Virus genome (UHGV): UHGV-0099614
DNA: 28,758 nt
Direction: 5' to 3' (one strand)
Source: a virus
Below the pieces are notes generated by a model. That model ran no database searches. It was not told where the DNA came from and was given only the letters and a program-made list of their open reading frames with translations. Numbering within the stretch: position 1 is the first letter of the stretch; the number at the start of each line of letters is the position of its first letter. Positions 19,376 to 28,569 of the stretch are shown in pieces. The translations under genes and the position numbers were made by a program.

Positions 19376-19423
19376 AGAACAGAAACAAACAGGATACAAA
19401 CAATACGTTATTAGGTATTAAGA

Positions 19424-19615
19424 ATGCAGTTGAAACCTACCAATCAAAAGCTGAACGTAACCCATGTTGATTTTGAAACCTTCGCGGCACTGATTAGATC
19501 AGAGCCACAAAAGGTGAGCACCAGCACCAGGGTTTATGATGTGAAATCCACCAGCGGTGGAAAAGCTATCGGCATTGCCTCTGGCGATGATTACTTAGTA
19601 ATAGATCTGATTTAA
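19424..19615 (+). CDS. Hypothetical small protein
   Basis: 63-aa ORF inside the satellite-like module; no family recognised. Confidence 0.3.
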   Translation: MQLKPTNQKLNVTHVDFETFAALIRSEPQKVSTSTRVYDVKSTSGGKAIGIASGDDYLVIDLI

Positions 19616-19696
19616 TCGCACAAAAATTGTAGAGTAATTTGGGGAGACAGGAAGTCTCCTCCGTATTGCATTTTGGTACAACAGTAAGGGAATAAA

Positions 19697-19891
19697 ATGA
19701 TTAATTACCTGACCGCTAAAGACGCAGCAGAATATCTTGGCGTCTGTCTGTCACGCTTCTATCAGTTAAAGCGATATATCCGAAGCTTTCCTCCCTATAT
19801 AAATCAGACCATCAATGGTCGCAAGCGCCGGGTGTGGCTTGCCTCCTGCCTTGATCAATTTGCCGACAGATTTCTGGGGGGACGAAAATGA
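19697..19891 (+). CDS. Small HTH DNA-binding protein (Xis/MerR-like helix-turn-helix)
   Basis: 64 aa. LTAKDAAEYLGVCLSRFYQL is a typical excisionase-type HTH. ATGA overlap with the next ORF. Confidence 0.4.
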   Translation: MINYLTAKDAAEYLGVCLSRFYQLKRYIRSFPPYINQTINGRKRRVWLASCLDQFADRFLGGRK

Positions 19892-20274
19892 GCACTCTTA
19901 CACGCTCTCAGGTCGCCGCGAATATACGCGATATCCTACTAAGTGGCAGGAAGCTTACCCCAAAAGAGTTTGACGACATATTAAGGAAAGCCGGAAATCA
20001 CGAACGTAGTCGCGTTTTAACGCTGTTACGCAACGATTGGGGAATTCCTGTTGAGCAGTTTAAAACAGGGGCGTATCACGTCACAGAACGCAATTTAGAA
20101 GCATACCACAGCGATAAAGACGAAACATTGAAGATCTGGAGGACGAACGCCAGATATGTAAAGACATTGCGTAAGGTAAACATAACGTTGTCGTTGTTGC
20201 GTGGGCTGGTGGGTAAAGTGCCTGAAGACACGCTTAGAACTGTTTACAAGGGTATTGAAACCAAATACCTGTGA
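19888..20274 (+). CDS. Hypothetical protein (128 aa)
   Basis: ORF translationally coupled to the preceding HTH gene; no family recognised. Confidence 0.4.
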   Translation: MSTLTRSQVAANIRDILLSGRKLTPKEFDDILRKAGNHERSRVLTLLRNDWGIPVEQFKTGAYHVTERNLEAYHSDKDETLKIWRTNARYVKTLRKVNITLSLLRGLVGKVPEDTLRTVYKGIETKYL

Positions 20275-20342
20275 TTGACAAAGCAGAAAGCCGACTTTGC
20301 GAGAGTCGGCTTTGAAGCAATTGAAATATATGAACTTTACAC

Positions 20343-21395
20343 ATGGAATTATACGATAAAGACGCGAGTCTATCCACAAAATCACAAGCCGTAATCAATC
20401 ACATCAATGGTCGCACATTAGCTTATGTGAAATCAGTTACGCACAAACGTAATGAATTAAAGGCAGAGAATAAACGCCAATCATCAAAGGCTAACCACTG
20501 CATACCACCAGCCTGGACAAAGAAGAAATGGCGTACAATGAGGCGAGCTTTGTTTACTCTGGATGTCGAATCAACTAGTGGTATCCCCTACTCCTTTACC
20601 TTCAGACCCGTTAAGGGAACAACGCCAGAGAAATTCAACAAAGCGTTAAAGGCACTTACCAGATGGTTGACTTCGAAAGGCAATCAGTGGGTTTACGTCA
20701 TGGAGTGGGCTCAACACCAGTCAGAGCCGCATGTACACGCAATAATCATGGTGAACGAAAGAAGCATTAATGGGCAAGCTGGCAAAATTGTCAGCAAATG
20801 GGTAACACTGGCAAACAATGCAATCCCATCAAATGTTCCTCCTCAGTGGGATCTAGATTTGAAAGGTCAGCAATATTCAGAGCCTACCAAGCATATAGGT
20901 AAACAAATTGATTACATGGCAAAGCCCGAAACTAAGTTAAATGACTTTAATAGAGAGGCGAGCAAGAGCCTATATGATTGGTCAGATGCCAGCGTTTGGG
21001 GTTATTCGAATGGCTGGGCGCGGCATGAGATAAAAAAAGAAACACTTTCTGTCACTGGCTTTCATGCTGTAAGACGCATACTAAAAGCCGTTCAGGCATC
21101 AAGGAAAGACAACTACAAATCTAAGCGGCAGATACAGCGTACATTAAAACGGCAAGACATAAATCGCTCACCAATCGCCCCATTCGAAGCACCGTTAATT
21201 AGCAAGCACGATTGGGACTTATCAGTGATAGCGGTCACCAAAGAGGCAGAGACAGAGCGTAGGGAGTTACTATCCTCACAGATAATAAACTCGAACAAAG
21301 TACAAACCCACCCGCTGTTAAGGATGTTAAGAAAAGCACGAGTGAGAGCATCCAGAGCCAGAAGAGAAAGCGGAGGTTATGACCATTACTACTAG
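20343..21395 (+). CDS. HUH-superfamily replication initiator / relaxase-like protein
   Basis: 350 aa containing EPHVHAIIMV (HUH motif II: His-hydrophobic-His) and a downstream Y-x-x-K (IDYMAKP) candidate catalytic tyrosine motif. Family call is by motif only. Confidence 0.55.
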   Translation: MELYDKDASLSTKSQAVINHINGRTLAYVKSVTHKRNELKAENKRQSSKANHCIPPAWTKKKWRTMRRALFTLDVESTSGIPYSFTFRPVKGTTPEKFNKALKALTRWLTSKGNQWVYVMEWAQHQSEPHVHAIIMVNERSINGQAGKIVSKWVTLANNAIPSNVPPQWDLDLKGQQYSEPTKHIGKQIDYMAKPETKLNDFNREASKSLYDWSDASVWGYSNGWARHEIKKETLSVTGFHAVRRILKAVQASRKDNYKSKRQIQRTLKRQDINRSPIAPFEAPLISKHDWDLSVIAVTKEAETERRELLSSQIINSNKVQTHPLLRMLRKARVRASRARRESGGYDHYY

Positions 21396-22148
21396 TAGTG
21401 ACAGATCGTGACAAGGCAGAGCAAAAAACGACCAATAATAAGAGAAATATGCCTGCCAAACAGCCAAAAGCGCGGAGCGCGGCAAACGCAGCGAGAGGCG
21501 CAAGAAGGCGAACCTATCCATTGAAACGGTCAGAAGAGCGCATCGCGCTCGATGACCGGAGTCCCAACTAACACCATCAATAAAAGATCAAAGTCTTAGA
21601 AAAAAATGATTTTCCATTGATGGGCATCCATCCGTAAAAATCAATTTTTTAGAAAAAGTACTTATAGAAATTAATCACTTTATAAGAATGTGTTGACGTT
21701 AGCAGGCATCGCTTAAGCTCATCATTAATTACATAAAAAACAATCCAATAGAGATATCTGGCAATCAAAACCCCAGAAAAAAACCATCAACATAACATCA
21801 ACTTTATAAGCGATTTTACCGGTATTTCTTAGGTTGAATTCACGTAGAAATCTCAGTCGTGAATTTAAACCACATAGAAGCAATTTTTTGCATAATTGTA
21901 CCTGAGTTAGTTTCCTTTAACATGTTACTTAACCATCCCAAAAATAAATCCAATGATGATCCTCAGGTCAGACGGGCGATATTGATACCTTACCTGGCAG
22001 TACCTGGCAGTCGGCTGTGCCTAAAGCGGACGTTAGGAATAAACCAATGACGAGCAGGTCACATCATTGGTTAAGGGACACAGCTTGTACCAATTTATAT
22101 TTTTGATTGTTCTAAATCCAATCACTATAATAGTTCATCTGACAATGA

Positions 22149-25100
22149 TTAACTTGCTTCAATACTCCCTTGCTCATCTATTTTTTTACCATTCTGACAA
22201 GCAACCAGGCTCTCATTACATGCTTTAATATCCAGAAAATGTCCTATTGTGAACTCAGTAGTCAGCAATGATATCAATTCCAAGTATTTACGAACTCTTC
22301 GAGGCATATCTATTACATTATAGATTAGTAATGCTAATCTTTGTTCAGCAGTTTCACCATCCAGATTAACTATTGCAGAGCGACAGCAATAATTAAAAAC
22401 ATGCTCAACATATCCATCATACCGTGGATTGTGTGCTCTACCACCAGCTAAAATAGCTCCATCTATGCAAGCCATCACTGTTACGTTTCTCACAATTGCA
22501 GTTAGGTAGTTTAGAGAAGATCCTGTTGCAGAAATGGTTTCTCCATATTTTTCCATAAACTTGAATACTAAGTATGTATCAGAAATTTCTGCTGAGCGGC
22601 TGAGATATAATATATCATCATACAAAATTGGAACAGGTGTACCCGAAGATAAGTTAGTTTGAATGCTTTTTTTTCTTTCCGGCAAAGATAAAGAGTTTAA
22701 AATCCTCATGACAAAGGAATTCATATTTGCCGTTGGATACTCTGAACTATACGCTAATTCACACATCAAATGGTCAATGCTAAGCAATGGGATACTATTT
22801 GCTATAGAAAGCTGGAAGGTAGAGTAAACAGCCCAATCAACCAAATCTCTTACTTTAACTAATAACTCTGGTGTATCTGCTGGTTTCAGCGGTTCTACTG
22901 TTACAAATTCAAGTAATATCTGGAGATTATGAATAAAATCACATGAATCCCTTCGAATATCTTCAGATGTGACTCTATAAAGTCCTTTATCAGATACACC
23001 TATAGACATGTAGTCTTCTCTTAGAATATTTTCAATCCACCCTTCCAATACTTGCTTTGTATATTTACATACAATTATTTCTATATTCGAATCTACTACA
23101 GCTGAAGAAAAACCCATTAATGAGAAATAAACAGCCGTATACACATCAATAATTACCTTATTTGGTGTTTCTTCTCCACTATTGAATAACTCCAAATATT
23201 TGGTTGATGTAATTGACGTTAAATGTGTTATAGCCCCTCTTACAGGGTCTGTAGGATCCGTAAAATTGCCTTTCATCGTTAAAGGTATATTGGGGGTATG
23301 CAATACTGCATCCCTTTCTTTATCTTTCGTAGAATATCGTTTTAGAATATTCTCAAAATAAGGAATGAATTCCTCTTCATGAGGAGGTAGAGAAAATTGT
23401 CTGAAAACATCAGTACCATCGTTACCTTTACTGCGAAGCTCCACAGCCTGCCTAAATACTGCGACGTAAGGAGGCACACGCTTAATCATTGTAAAGTCAC
23501 CAGAACAATCTCCTTCCTGCATATTCTCGAGAATCTGTCCAAGTGGTGACTCTATTTCCAACAAGCACGGATGACTAGCCTCAACGTCACGTACAAGAAT
23601 TCGGGTAAATGTTTCAAACCCATCAGAATATGTAATACCATCCCCACACTTATTAGGGACAAGTGGATTACTATTAACTTTTTGGCTATTTATCAATGAG
23701 TTTGCGTGAATCTGGGTCAAAGGCTTTGCCACTTTTACTGGGTTTTGGACAAACCAATCAACAAGCACTCTCTCTGCAATGTGTATATCAATATAAGTCG
23801 CTATTTCATTAACTAATGTGATCTTTGACTCATCGTAGGTAGAAAAAATAACTTCTGGGATCTCAAAAACAATTTCTTTAAGAAATTGCGCATCCCCCCC
23901 ATTTTTTCTTGATGTGTGCAGCAATAAGTACCAGGAATAAGGGTTGTTTGGTGAAATTTCAATTGCAAATCTGATCGATTTTATTGATAGCTCATATTCA
24001 TCTAATCGGTCGTACACTTGGGCTTCTCTTAAATAAATTAGCTCTGTTTTATCGCATGGTTCTAAGTGCTTTATTTTATTTAAAAATAAATCAATCTTAT
24101 CACTGAGAAATAGAGCGTTAAGATAACATTCGAAAATCGGAGATACCCAAGCTTCATCAGATAACAATGGGGTGAGATAATTAACCGCGTTCAATGGTAA
24201 ATTACATAAAATAAATTTATCGCATAAGTTTAATATGTTCGCAGGGTTTATTAGCATAAACTTTTTAGAATCTAATTCTAAAAAATCTTGCGCTTTTTTA
24301 TCCAGCAGTTGGATTTCATTCTTATCGTCAACCGAACATACTAGCGCCCTAAGGTACAAGTTCAAGAAGGAATTAATATAATCATCTCCTGTTTCAATTA
24401 TCCCTCCATTGTCTATCCAGTTATTTACGTCTTTAGCTTTCATCTGATTATTCTCAATAGCAAAAATAAGAAATGAAAACTTTTCCAAATCCAAAACATC
24501 AGATACTAATTCAAATTTAATATCGGGAGTGCTCATTCCTATTGAGGACTGCTCTAGATACTCCGCAGAAAAGGAGTCTATCTCCCTAACTTTATCAATA
24601 TGCAACTTTCCTAAATTATAAAGTCGACTATCTGAAAAATAGGTAAGTTTAAGCAAATTGGTTAAAACAGCGATATATCTATCATCTTTTCCGTCATCAA
24701 TATCAGCTAGTAATTGGATTATTAACCGGTCAACATTATCTTTTTCCTGTTTACTAAGTGAAACATAATGATTACGTTGGTTTCGAGTTATGAGTAAACA
24801 GGTTTCAGTGTATAGCCGAAGAATCCTTGAATTATTGGATGAATAATACTTATCCAGATTCTGAGCCAGTTCAAACGCAAAAACAAAATCTTGGACTCTT
24901 AAAGCACCGCGAACTAATCCAGTTAACTCTTGCTCGGATAAATCATAAACCTCTGTGTTATGATAGCTTTTAGATAGCTCTTCCATTGAGGCTAATCGCT
25001 CAAAGAACACCTCTTTGAGATAGAACCCATCTATTTTTAAATCTGAATATCTTTTTTTAGCTAACTCTTCAGAGGTTCTCGATTCCAAATCGATCAATAT

Positions 25101-25433
25101 AGATGTAATGACCTCACGAACATCACCAGGGAGGTCATTGTTCTGTAGCAATTTTAGAAGATCATTTTTTGATGATGATATCGAGCCTTTTACCAACTCA
25201 AGCTTTACATTCAAAGCATTCAATAGTAGATATACATCATTTTCTAATGAATGAATATTATTAAGAACGTCTAGCTTTTCACGAACTCTGCCTAATTCTC
25301 TATAGCAAATATCTCTCATTATACTGTCTATAACAGTCCGCAGATCCCTAGATTTAATACTACGAATTATATATTCGTATTTATCACCTATGATATTGTC
25401 ACCTACGCCACTGTGTATTTGATCTACCATCAT
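22149..25433 (-). CDS. Large (1094 aa) predicted alpha-helical protein of unknown function; candidate effector of a cargo system
   Basis: Uninterrupted 3.3 kb ORF, visibly AT-rich relative to its flanks. No P-loop or classic nuclease motif found by eye. N-terminus MMVDQIHSGVGDNIIGDK repeats the C-terminal motif of the upstream 109-aa ORF. Confidence 0.7.
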   Translation of the reverse strand: MMVDQIHSGVGDNIIGDKYEYIIRSIKSRDLRTVIDSIMRDICYRELGRVREKLDVLNNIHSLENDVYLLLNALNVKLELVKGSISSSKNDLLKLLQNNDLPGDVREVITSILIDLESRTSEELAKKRYSDLKIDGFYLKEVFFERLASMEELSKSYHNTEVYDLSEQELTGLVRGALRVQDFVFAFELAQNLDKYYSSNNSRILRLYTETCLLITRNQRNHYVSLSKQEKDNVDRLIIQLLADIDDGKDDRYIAVLTNLLKLTYFSDSRLYNLGKLHIDKVREIDSFSAEYLEQSSIGMSTPDIKFELVSDVLDLEKFSFLIFAIENNQMKAKDVNNWIDNGGIIETGDDYINSFLNLYLRALVCSVDDKNEIQLLDKKAQDFLELDSKKFMLINPANILNLCDKFILCNLPLNAVNYLTPLLSDEAWVSPIFECYLNALFLSDKIDLFLNKIKHLEPCDKTELIYLREAQVYDRLDEYELSIKSIRFAIEISPNNPYSWYLLLHTSRKNGGDAQFLKEIVFEIPEVIFSTYDESKITLVNEIATYIDIHIAERVLVDWFVQNPVKVAKPLTQIHANSLINSQKVNSNPLVPNKCGDGITYSDGFETFTRILVRDVEASHPCLLEIESPLGQILENMQEGDCSGDFTMIKRVPPYVAVFRQAVELRSKGNDGTDVFRQFSLPPHEEEFIPYFENILKRYSTKDKERDAVLHTPNIPLTMKGNFTDPTDPVRGAITHLTSITSTKYLELFNSGEETPNKVIIDVYTAVYFSLMGFSSAVVDSNIEIIVCKYTKQVLEGWIENILREDYMSIGVSDKGLYRVTSEDIRRDSCDFIHNLQILLEFVTVEPLKPADTPELLVKVRDLVDWAVYSTFQLSIANSIPLLSIDHLMCELAYSSEYPTANMNSFVMRILNSLSLPERKKSIQTNLSSGTPVPILYDDILYLSRSAEISDTYLVFKFMEKYGETISATGSSLNYLTAIVRNVTVMACIDGAILAGGRAHNPRYDGYVEHVFNYCCRSAIVNLDGETAEQRLALLIYNVIDMPRRVRKYLELISLLTTEFTIGHFLDIKACNESLVACQNGKKIDEQGSIEAS

Positions 25434-25445
25434 CGTCCATTTCTT

Positions 25446-25775
25446 CTATTTGTATATATTTTTGTTTCCAATAATGTTATCACCAGAACCACTGTGATTC
25501 TGAGTCACTGACCCAATATTCGTGTTTTGCTCAGGCTGAATCAGTTTTAAAATTTGCTGTATTTCTGATGATTCGTTCAATTTTCGCTCGATAACATGCT
25601 CTCCATAATCCTTAAGCTCAAGAGTATTTACTTTATAAGCTAAAGTCTCCAATAAAGTATCGTCAACAATCCATCCATGTAGCTTTTCTTTCAAGAAACC
25701 TGTAGTTATTGCAACGCCGTTCTTAAACCCATCATAGAGTATTCCTGATAGCAGAGTACTTGTTAAAAAATCCAT
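25446..25775 (-). CDS. Small (109 aa) protein of unknown function, upstream partner of the 1094-aa ORF
   Basis: Strong SD (aagggggg) about 2 nt before the ATG at 25775. Ends ...NHSGSGDNIIGNKNIYK with TAG, 12 nt before and in frame with the large ORF. Confidence 0.65.
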   Translation of the reverse strand: MDFLTSTLLSGILYDGFKNGVAITTGFLKEKLHGWIVDDTLLETLAYKVNTLELKDYGEHVIERKLNESSEIQQILKLIQPEQNTNIGSVTQNHSGSGDNIIGNKNIYK

Positions 25776-26184
25776 ATCCCCCCCTTAAATTGCTTATTTA
25801 AACCTGTTGTCGCCGACTAAAACTGACCCATCCTTTTTGAGTTTTCGAGGTACAAAAGATGGTGTCTGAACTTGCTATCTGTGTTCTGGCTATATAGGAC
25901 TAGTCCATTAAATGATGATTACCTACTTGAACCCATCATAGTGCCCGCCAATGGGCTTAACATACCCTAATGTAATTAATGTCTCAATGTGACTAGATCG
26001 CCCTTTTGCACTTTAGGACTGATAGATCCGCTTCTCGCTTAAGGTTGCCCGCACCCTTCTGCATATGTTACTGAAGATGGTCAAGCAACATGCAAATGGG
26101 TAGTCAACTGGATGCGAATACTCATATTTTGTCTTATCCGACCATGTAAACACATCCCAGAGGGGTGTATATTGATGATTTAGG

Positions 26185-26391
26185 CTATTCAAGATCGCTA
26201 GTGTCGAAAACAATCTGCGACTTATCCATCTCCAGGCAATCTGGAGGCAAACCCAGCATAGCCTCAGCATCACCTACATTACCGATAATGGCGTAGTCAT
26301 CATATCCCCATCTTTCCAGATCGAGATTGCTTTCGGGATAACCAGGGGATAGTAACAACCATTCACGCAACTCTTTCAGTGTCTTTTCCAT
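26185..26391 (-). CDS. Hypothetical small protein (68 aa)
   Basis: ORF with ATG at 26391 (the ORF track starts at a TTG at 26397), normal GC content, weak SD. No family recognised. Confidence 0.3.
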   Translation of the reverse strand: MEKTLKELREWLLLSPGYPESNLDLERWGYDDYAIIGNVGDAEAMLGLPPDCLEMDKSQIVFDTSDLE

Positions 26392-26754
26392 AATCAATAA
26401 GTTCCATGTTTAAGATTGGCTGACCACCAGCTACAGTCAATGATTATCCCATACGGGTAAAGCGGTGTCGGGCTATTTCTTCCAACTATCCCCCAATGAG
26501 TAGGGTTATCAAGAACCAGCAAGATAGCGGCAGTTGGAAGAGTAAACATTGATGTTTGAGGCATAACGCAAATTTGCGTTATGCCTGATTAACGGTAAAC
26601 CGGAACTACCAGCTATCATCCCCCTCTCAATAGGGTATACCGTAATGACAAGGTGATACAAAGTCTCAATAGGGTTGTATAGGAACATTTTGACTACACA
26701 AAATGCATTATGTATCATTTGCACTTATATTCACAACCCTATTGAGACAATGCA

Positions 26755-27381
26755 ATGAACGTTAGAATTTACTGCCGAGCATCAACTGAGGGGCAACACG
26801 CTGATCGAGCACTTACCAGCCTACGTGAATTTTCAAAATCAAAAGGCTGGCAGATTGCAGGAGAGTATATAGAAAATGCTAGCGGGGCGAAGCTTGAGCG
26901 CGTAGAGCTTATGCGGCTATTGTCTGAAGCCCAGTCCGGCGATCTGTTGCTAGTGGAAGCTATAGATCGTCTGAGTCGCCTAGAACATAGCGCATGGGTC
27001 GAACTGAAAGATACGCTCAACCGAAAAGGGTTAATCATCGTATCAATGGATTTACCAACGAGCTGGCAGATGGTCGAGATGGCAGGCAATGACCTAACCA
27101 GCGGCATCCTGAGAGCCGTAAATGCCATGTTGATTGATATCCTTGCCACAATGGCACGGCAGGATTACGAAACACGTCGTAAACGCCAACAGCAAGGCAT
27201 TGAGCGAGCTAAAAGCGAAGGAATATACATTGGCAGGGAGAAAAATCAGGAAGCCCGAGAGATCGTTAGAGAGATGTTGGAGCAAGGAGTAAAACCTGAA
27301 CTCATCATGAAGGCAGCAGGAATCAGCCGAGCGACTTACTACCGTATAAAAAGTGAGCTGTCAGTCGTAAAATCAGAATAA
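26755..27381 (+). CDS. Serine recombinase (resolvase/DNA invertase family)
   Basis: 208 aa. N-terminal VRIYCRASTEGQ carries the catalytic-serine motif (Y-x-R-x-S-T-x-x-Q). C-terminal ISRATYYRIK is the HTH DNA-binding domain. Confidence 0.85.
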   Translation: MNVRIYCRASTEGQHADRALTSLREFSKSKGWQIAGEYIENASGAKLERVELMRLLSEAQSGDLLLVEAIDRLSRLEHSAWVELKDTLNRKGLIIVSMDLPTSWQMVEMAGNDLTSGILRAVNAMLIDILATMARQDYETRRKRQQQGIERAKSEGIYIGREKNQEAREIVREMLEQGVKPELIMKAAGISRATYYRIKSELSVVKSE

Positions 27382-27515
27382 CCTTTGAAAGGTCGTCAGG
27401 CTTGTTTCATCTGCTAAAAGCCAGCATTTCTGACCATAATACCTGGGGGCACCTACTGGGGCACCCACCAAAATCGAAAGACAAATAAGTTATAATTCAA
27501 TCTTTTAGTTTAATT

Positions 27516-27539
27516 TTCGATTCCTGCAGGGGACACCAT
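27516..27539. repeat. attR core: second copy of the 24-bp tRNA 3'-end repeat
   Basis: Identical 24-mer ttcgattcctgcaggggacaccat; flanking bases differ on both sides, as expected for an att duplication. Confidence 0.8.
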
Positions 27540-27633
27540 CCTTGTGTTTATCCCTAAAACCACATAAAAACCGTAAATTAAATTCGAACTAGCAGGCCGA
27601 ATAAGGCACACCAGGAACTCGTGGTTTTATTCA

Positions 27634-28569
27634 TTATGAAGTGGTTTTTACCTGTTCTCTTAGCCAGGTAATAAACGCTTCAATTTTTGGCCACTGCCTG
27701 CCCGGTAATGTGGTGATGTAATAATGCTGATGGCATTTCACCGTCATATCGCCAAACGGCGCGACGAGCTCACCACTGGCAAGCCTTTTTTGTACCAGGC
27801 GTTTTCTTCCCATCGCCACCCCAATATGATTCATCGCGGCAATAACAGCTAAATCAGAACGATCAAAGCCAATTCCAGAAGATGTCGGCAAATTAACCGC
27901 ATAATGTTGCGCCCAACTATGCCATTCATCCGTACCGGAGTCGTTGCTCCATGCCTGTCTGTCATGGAGCAACGTACAGTGACACAGGTTAATTACCGTG
28001 TTGGTTAAAGCATGTCTTTGAGCGTATTCCGGGCTACATACTGGCAGGATTTCTTCATCCATCAGAAAGTGATGAGTGAGTTGCGCTGACGGCGCATCAT
28101 CAAAGTAGATCGCCAAATCGATTCCGGCACGTTGCAGATTGACGTTGTCATTACCAGTGAGCACGGTGAGCGAAATAGACGGATACCGGCGTGTAAAGTC
28201 ACCTAATGCGGGCACCAACCAGCATTGGGCGATAGAGGGCCGGGAATACAGAGTTAACGTTCCCGATAACTCCTGATTTTTGATATCAAGAATTTCCTGG
28301 TTCAGGGTATCCAGCGACGATTTTAGCGCCCAATAAACACGTTTCCCCTCGTGCGTTAATTCCACTTTGCGATGGGAACGAACAAACAACTGAATGCCCA
28401 ATTCTTCTTCCAGCTGATTGATACGGTGACTTACCGCACTGGGGCTCAGCGACAATTCCTCTGCCGCCAGGGCGAAGGACTGATGCCTGGCAGCCACTTC
28501 AAAAGTATGCATTTTTGATAATTGCCAGCCGTTAAGCAGCCGATTTCTTATTTCACGAAGGGGTTCCAT
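27634..28569 (-). CDS. dsdC: LysR-family transcriptional activator of D-serine catabolism
   Basis: LysR HTH in the N-terminal region (FEVAARHQSFALAAEELSLSPSAVSHRINQLEEELG). Sequence and length (311 aa from MEPLREI) match my recollection of E. coli DsdC. Lies just outside attR as in K-12. The ORF track begins two codons earlier (28575). Confidence 0.85.
   Translation of the reverse strand: MEPLREIRNRLLNGWQLSKMHTFEVAARHQSFALAAEELSLSPSAVSHRINQLEEELGIQLFVRSHRKVELTHEGKRVYWALKSSLDTLNQEILDIKNQELSGTLTLYSRPSIAQCWLVPALGDFTRRYPSISLTVLTGNDNVNLQRAGIDLAIYFDDAPSAQLTHHFLMDEEILPVCSPEYAQRHALTNTVINLCHCTLLHDRQAWSNDSGTDEWHSWAQHYAVNLPTSSGIGFDRSDLAVIAAMNHIGVAMGRKRLVQKRLASGELVAPFGDMTVKCHQHYYITTLPGRQWPKIEAFITWLREQVKTTS

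Larger units (their letters stand above)
3965..27539. mobile_element. Composite integrated element at argW: P4-type integrase plus gtr cluster, P22-like prophage remnant, satellite-like module, cargo
   Basis: Bounded by the 24-bp direct repeats. Integrase sits immediately downstream of the tRNA. Internal phage genes, an integrase fragment and a serine recombinase are present. Chromosomal genes (yfdC, dsdC) flank it. Confidence 0.8.

Noticed and set aside
21991..22010. Tandem tacctggcag repeat as a CRISPR array or other repeat array
   Set aside because: Only two 10-bp copies with no spacers; nothing in the window has CRISPR repeat-spacer architecture.
21859..22050. Plus-strand 63-aa ORF in the Rep-to-cargo intergenic region
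   Set aside because: No SD, lies in AT-rich non-coding DNA and spans the tandem repeat; likely spurious.
22149..25433. P-loop NTPase (STAND/AAA-type) domain in the 1094-aa protein
   Set aside because: I scanned the translation for GxxxxGK[ST] and found none. The only glycine-rich stretches (GVGDNIIGDK, GETISATGSS) lack the lysine-Ser/Thr pair, so I do not call an ATPase. Profile search could overturn this.
26559..26584. Perfect 26-bp palindrome as a rho-independent terminator
   Set aside because: No T-tract follows it on either strand, and the stem is AT-rich in the centre. More likely a protein-binding or recombination site.
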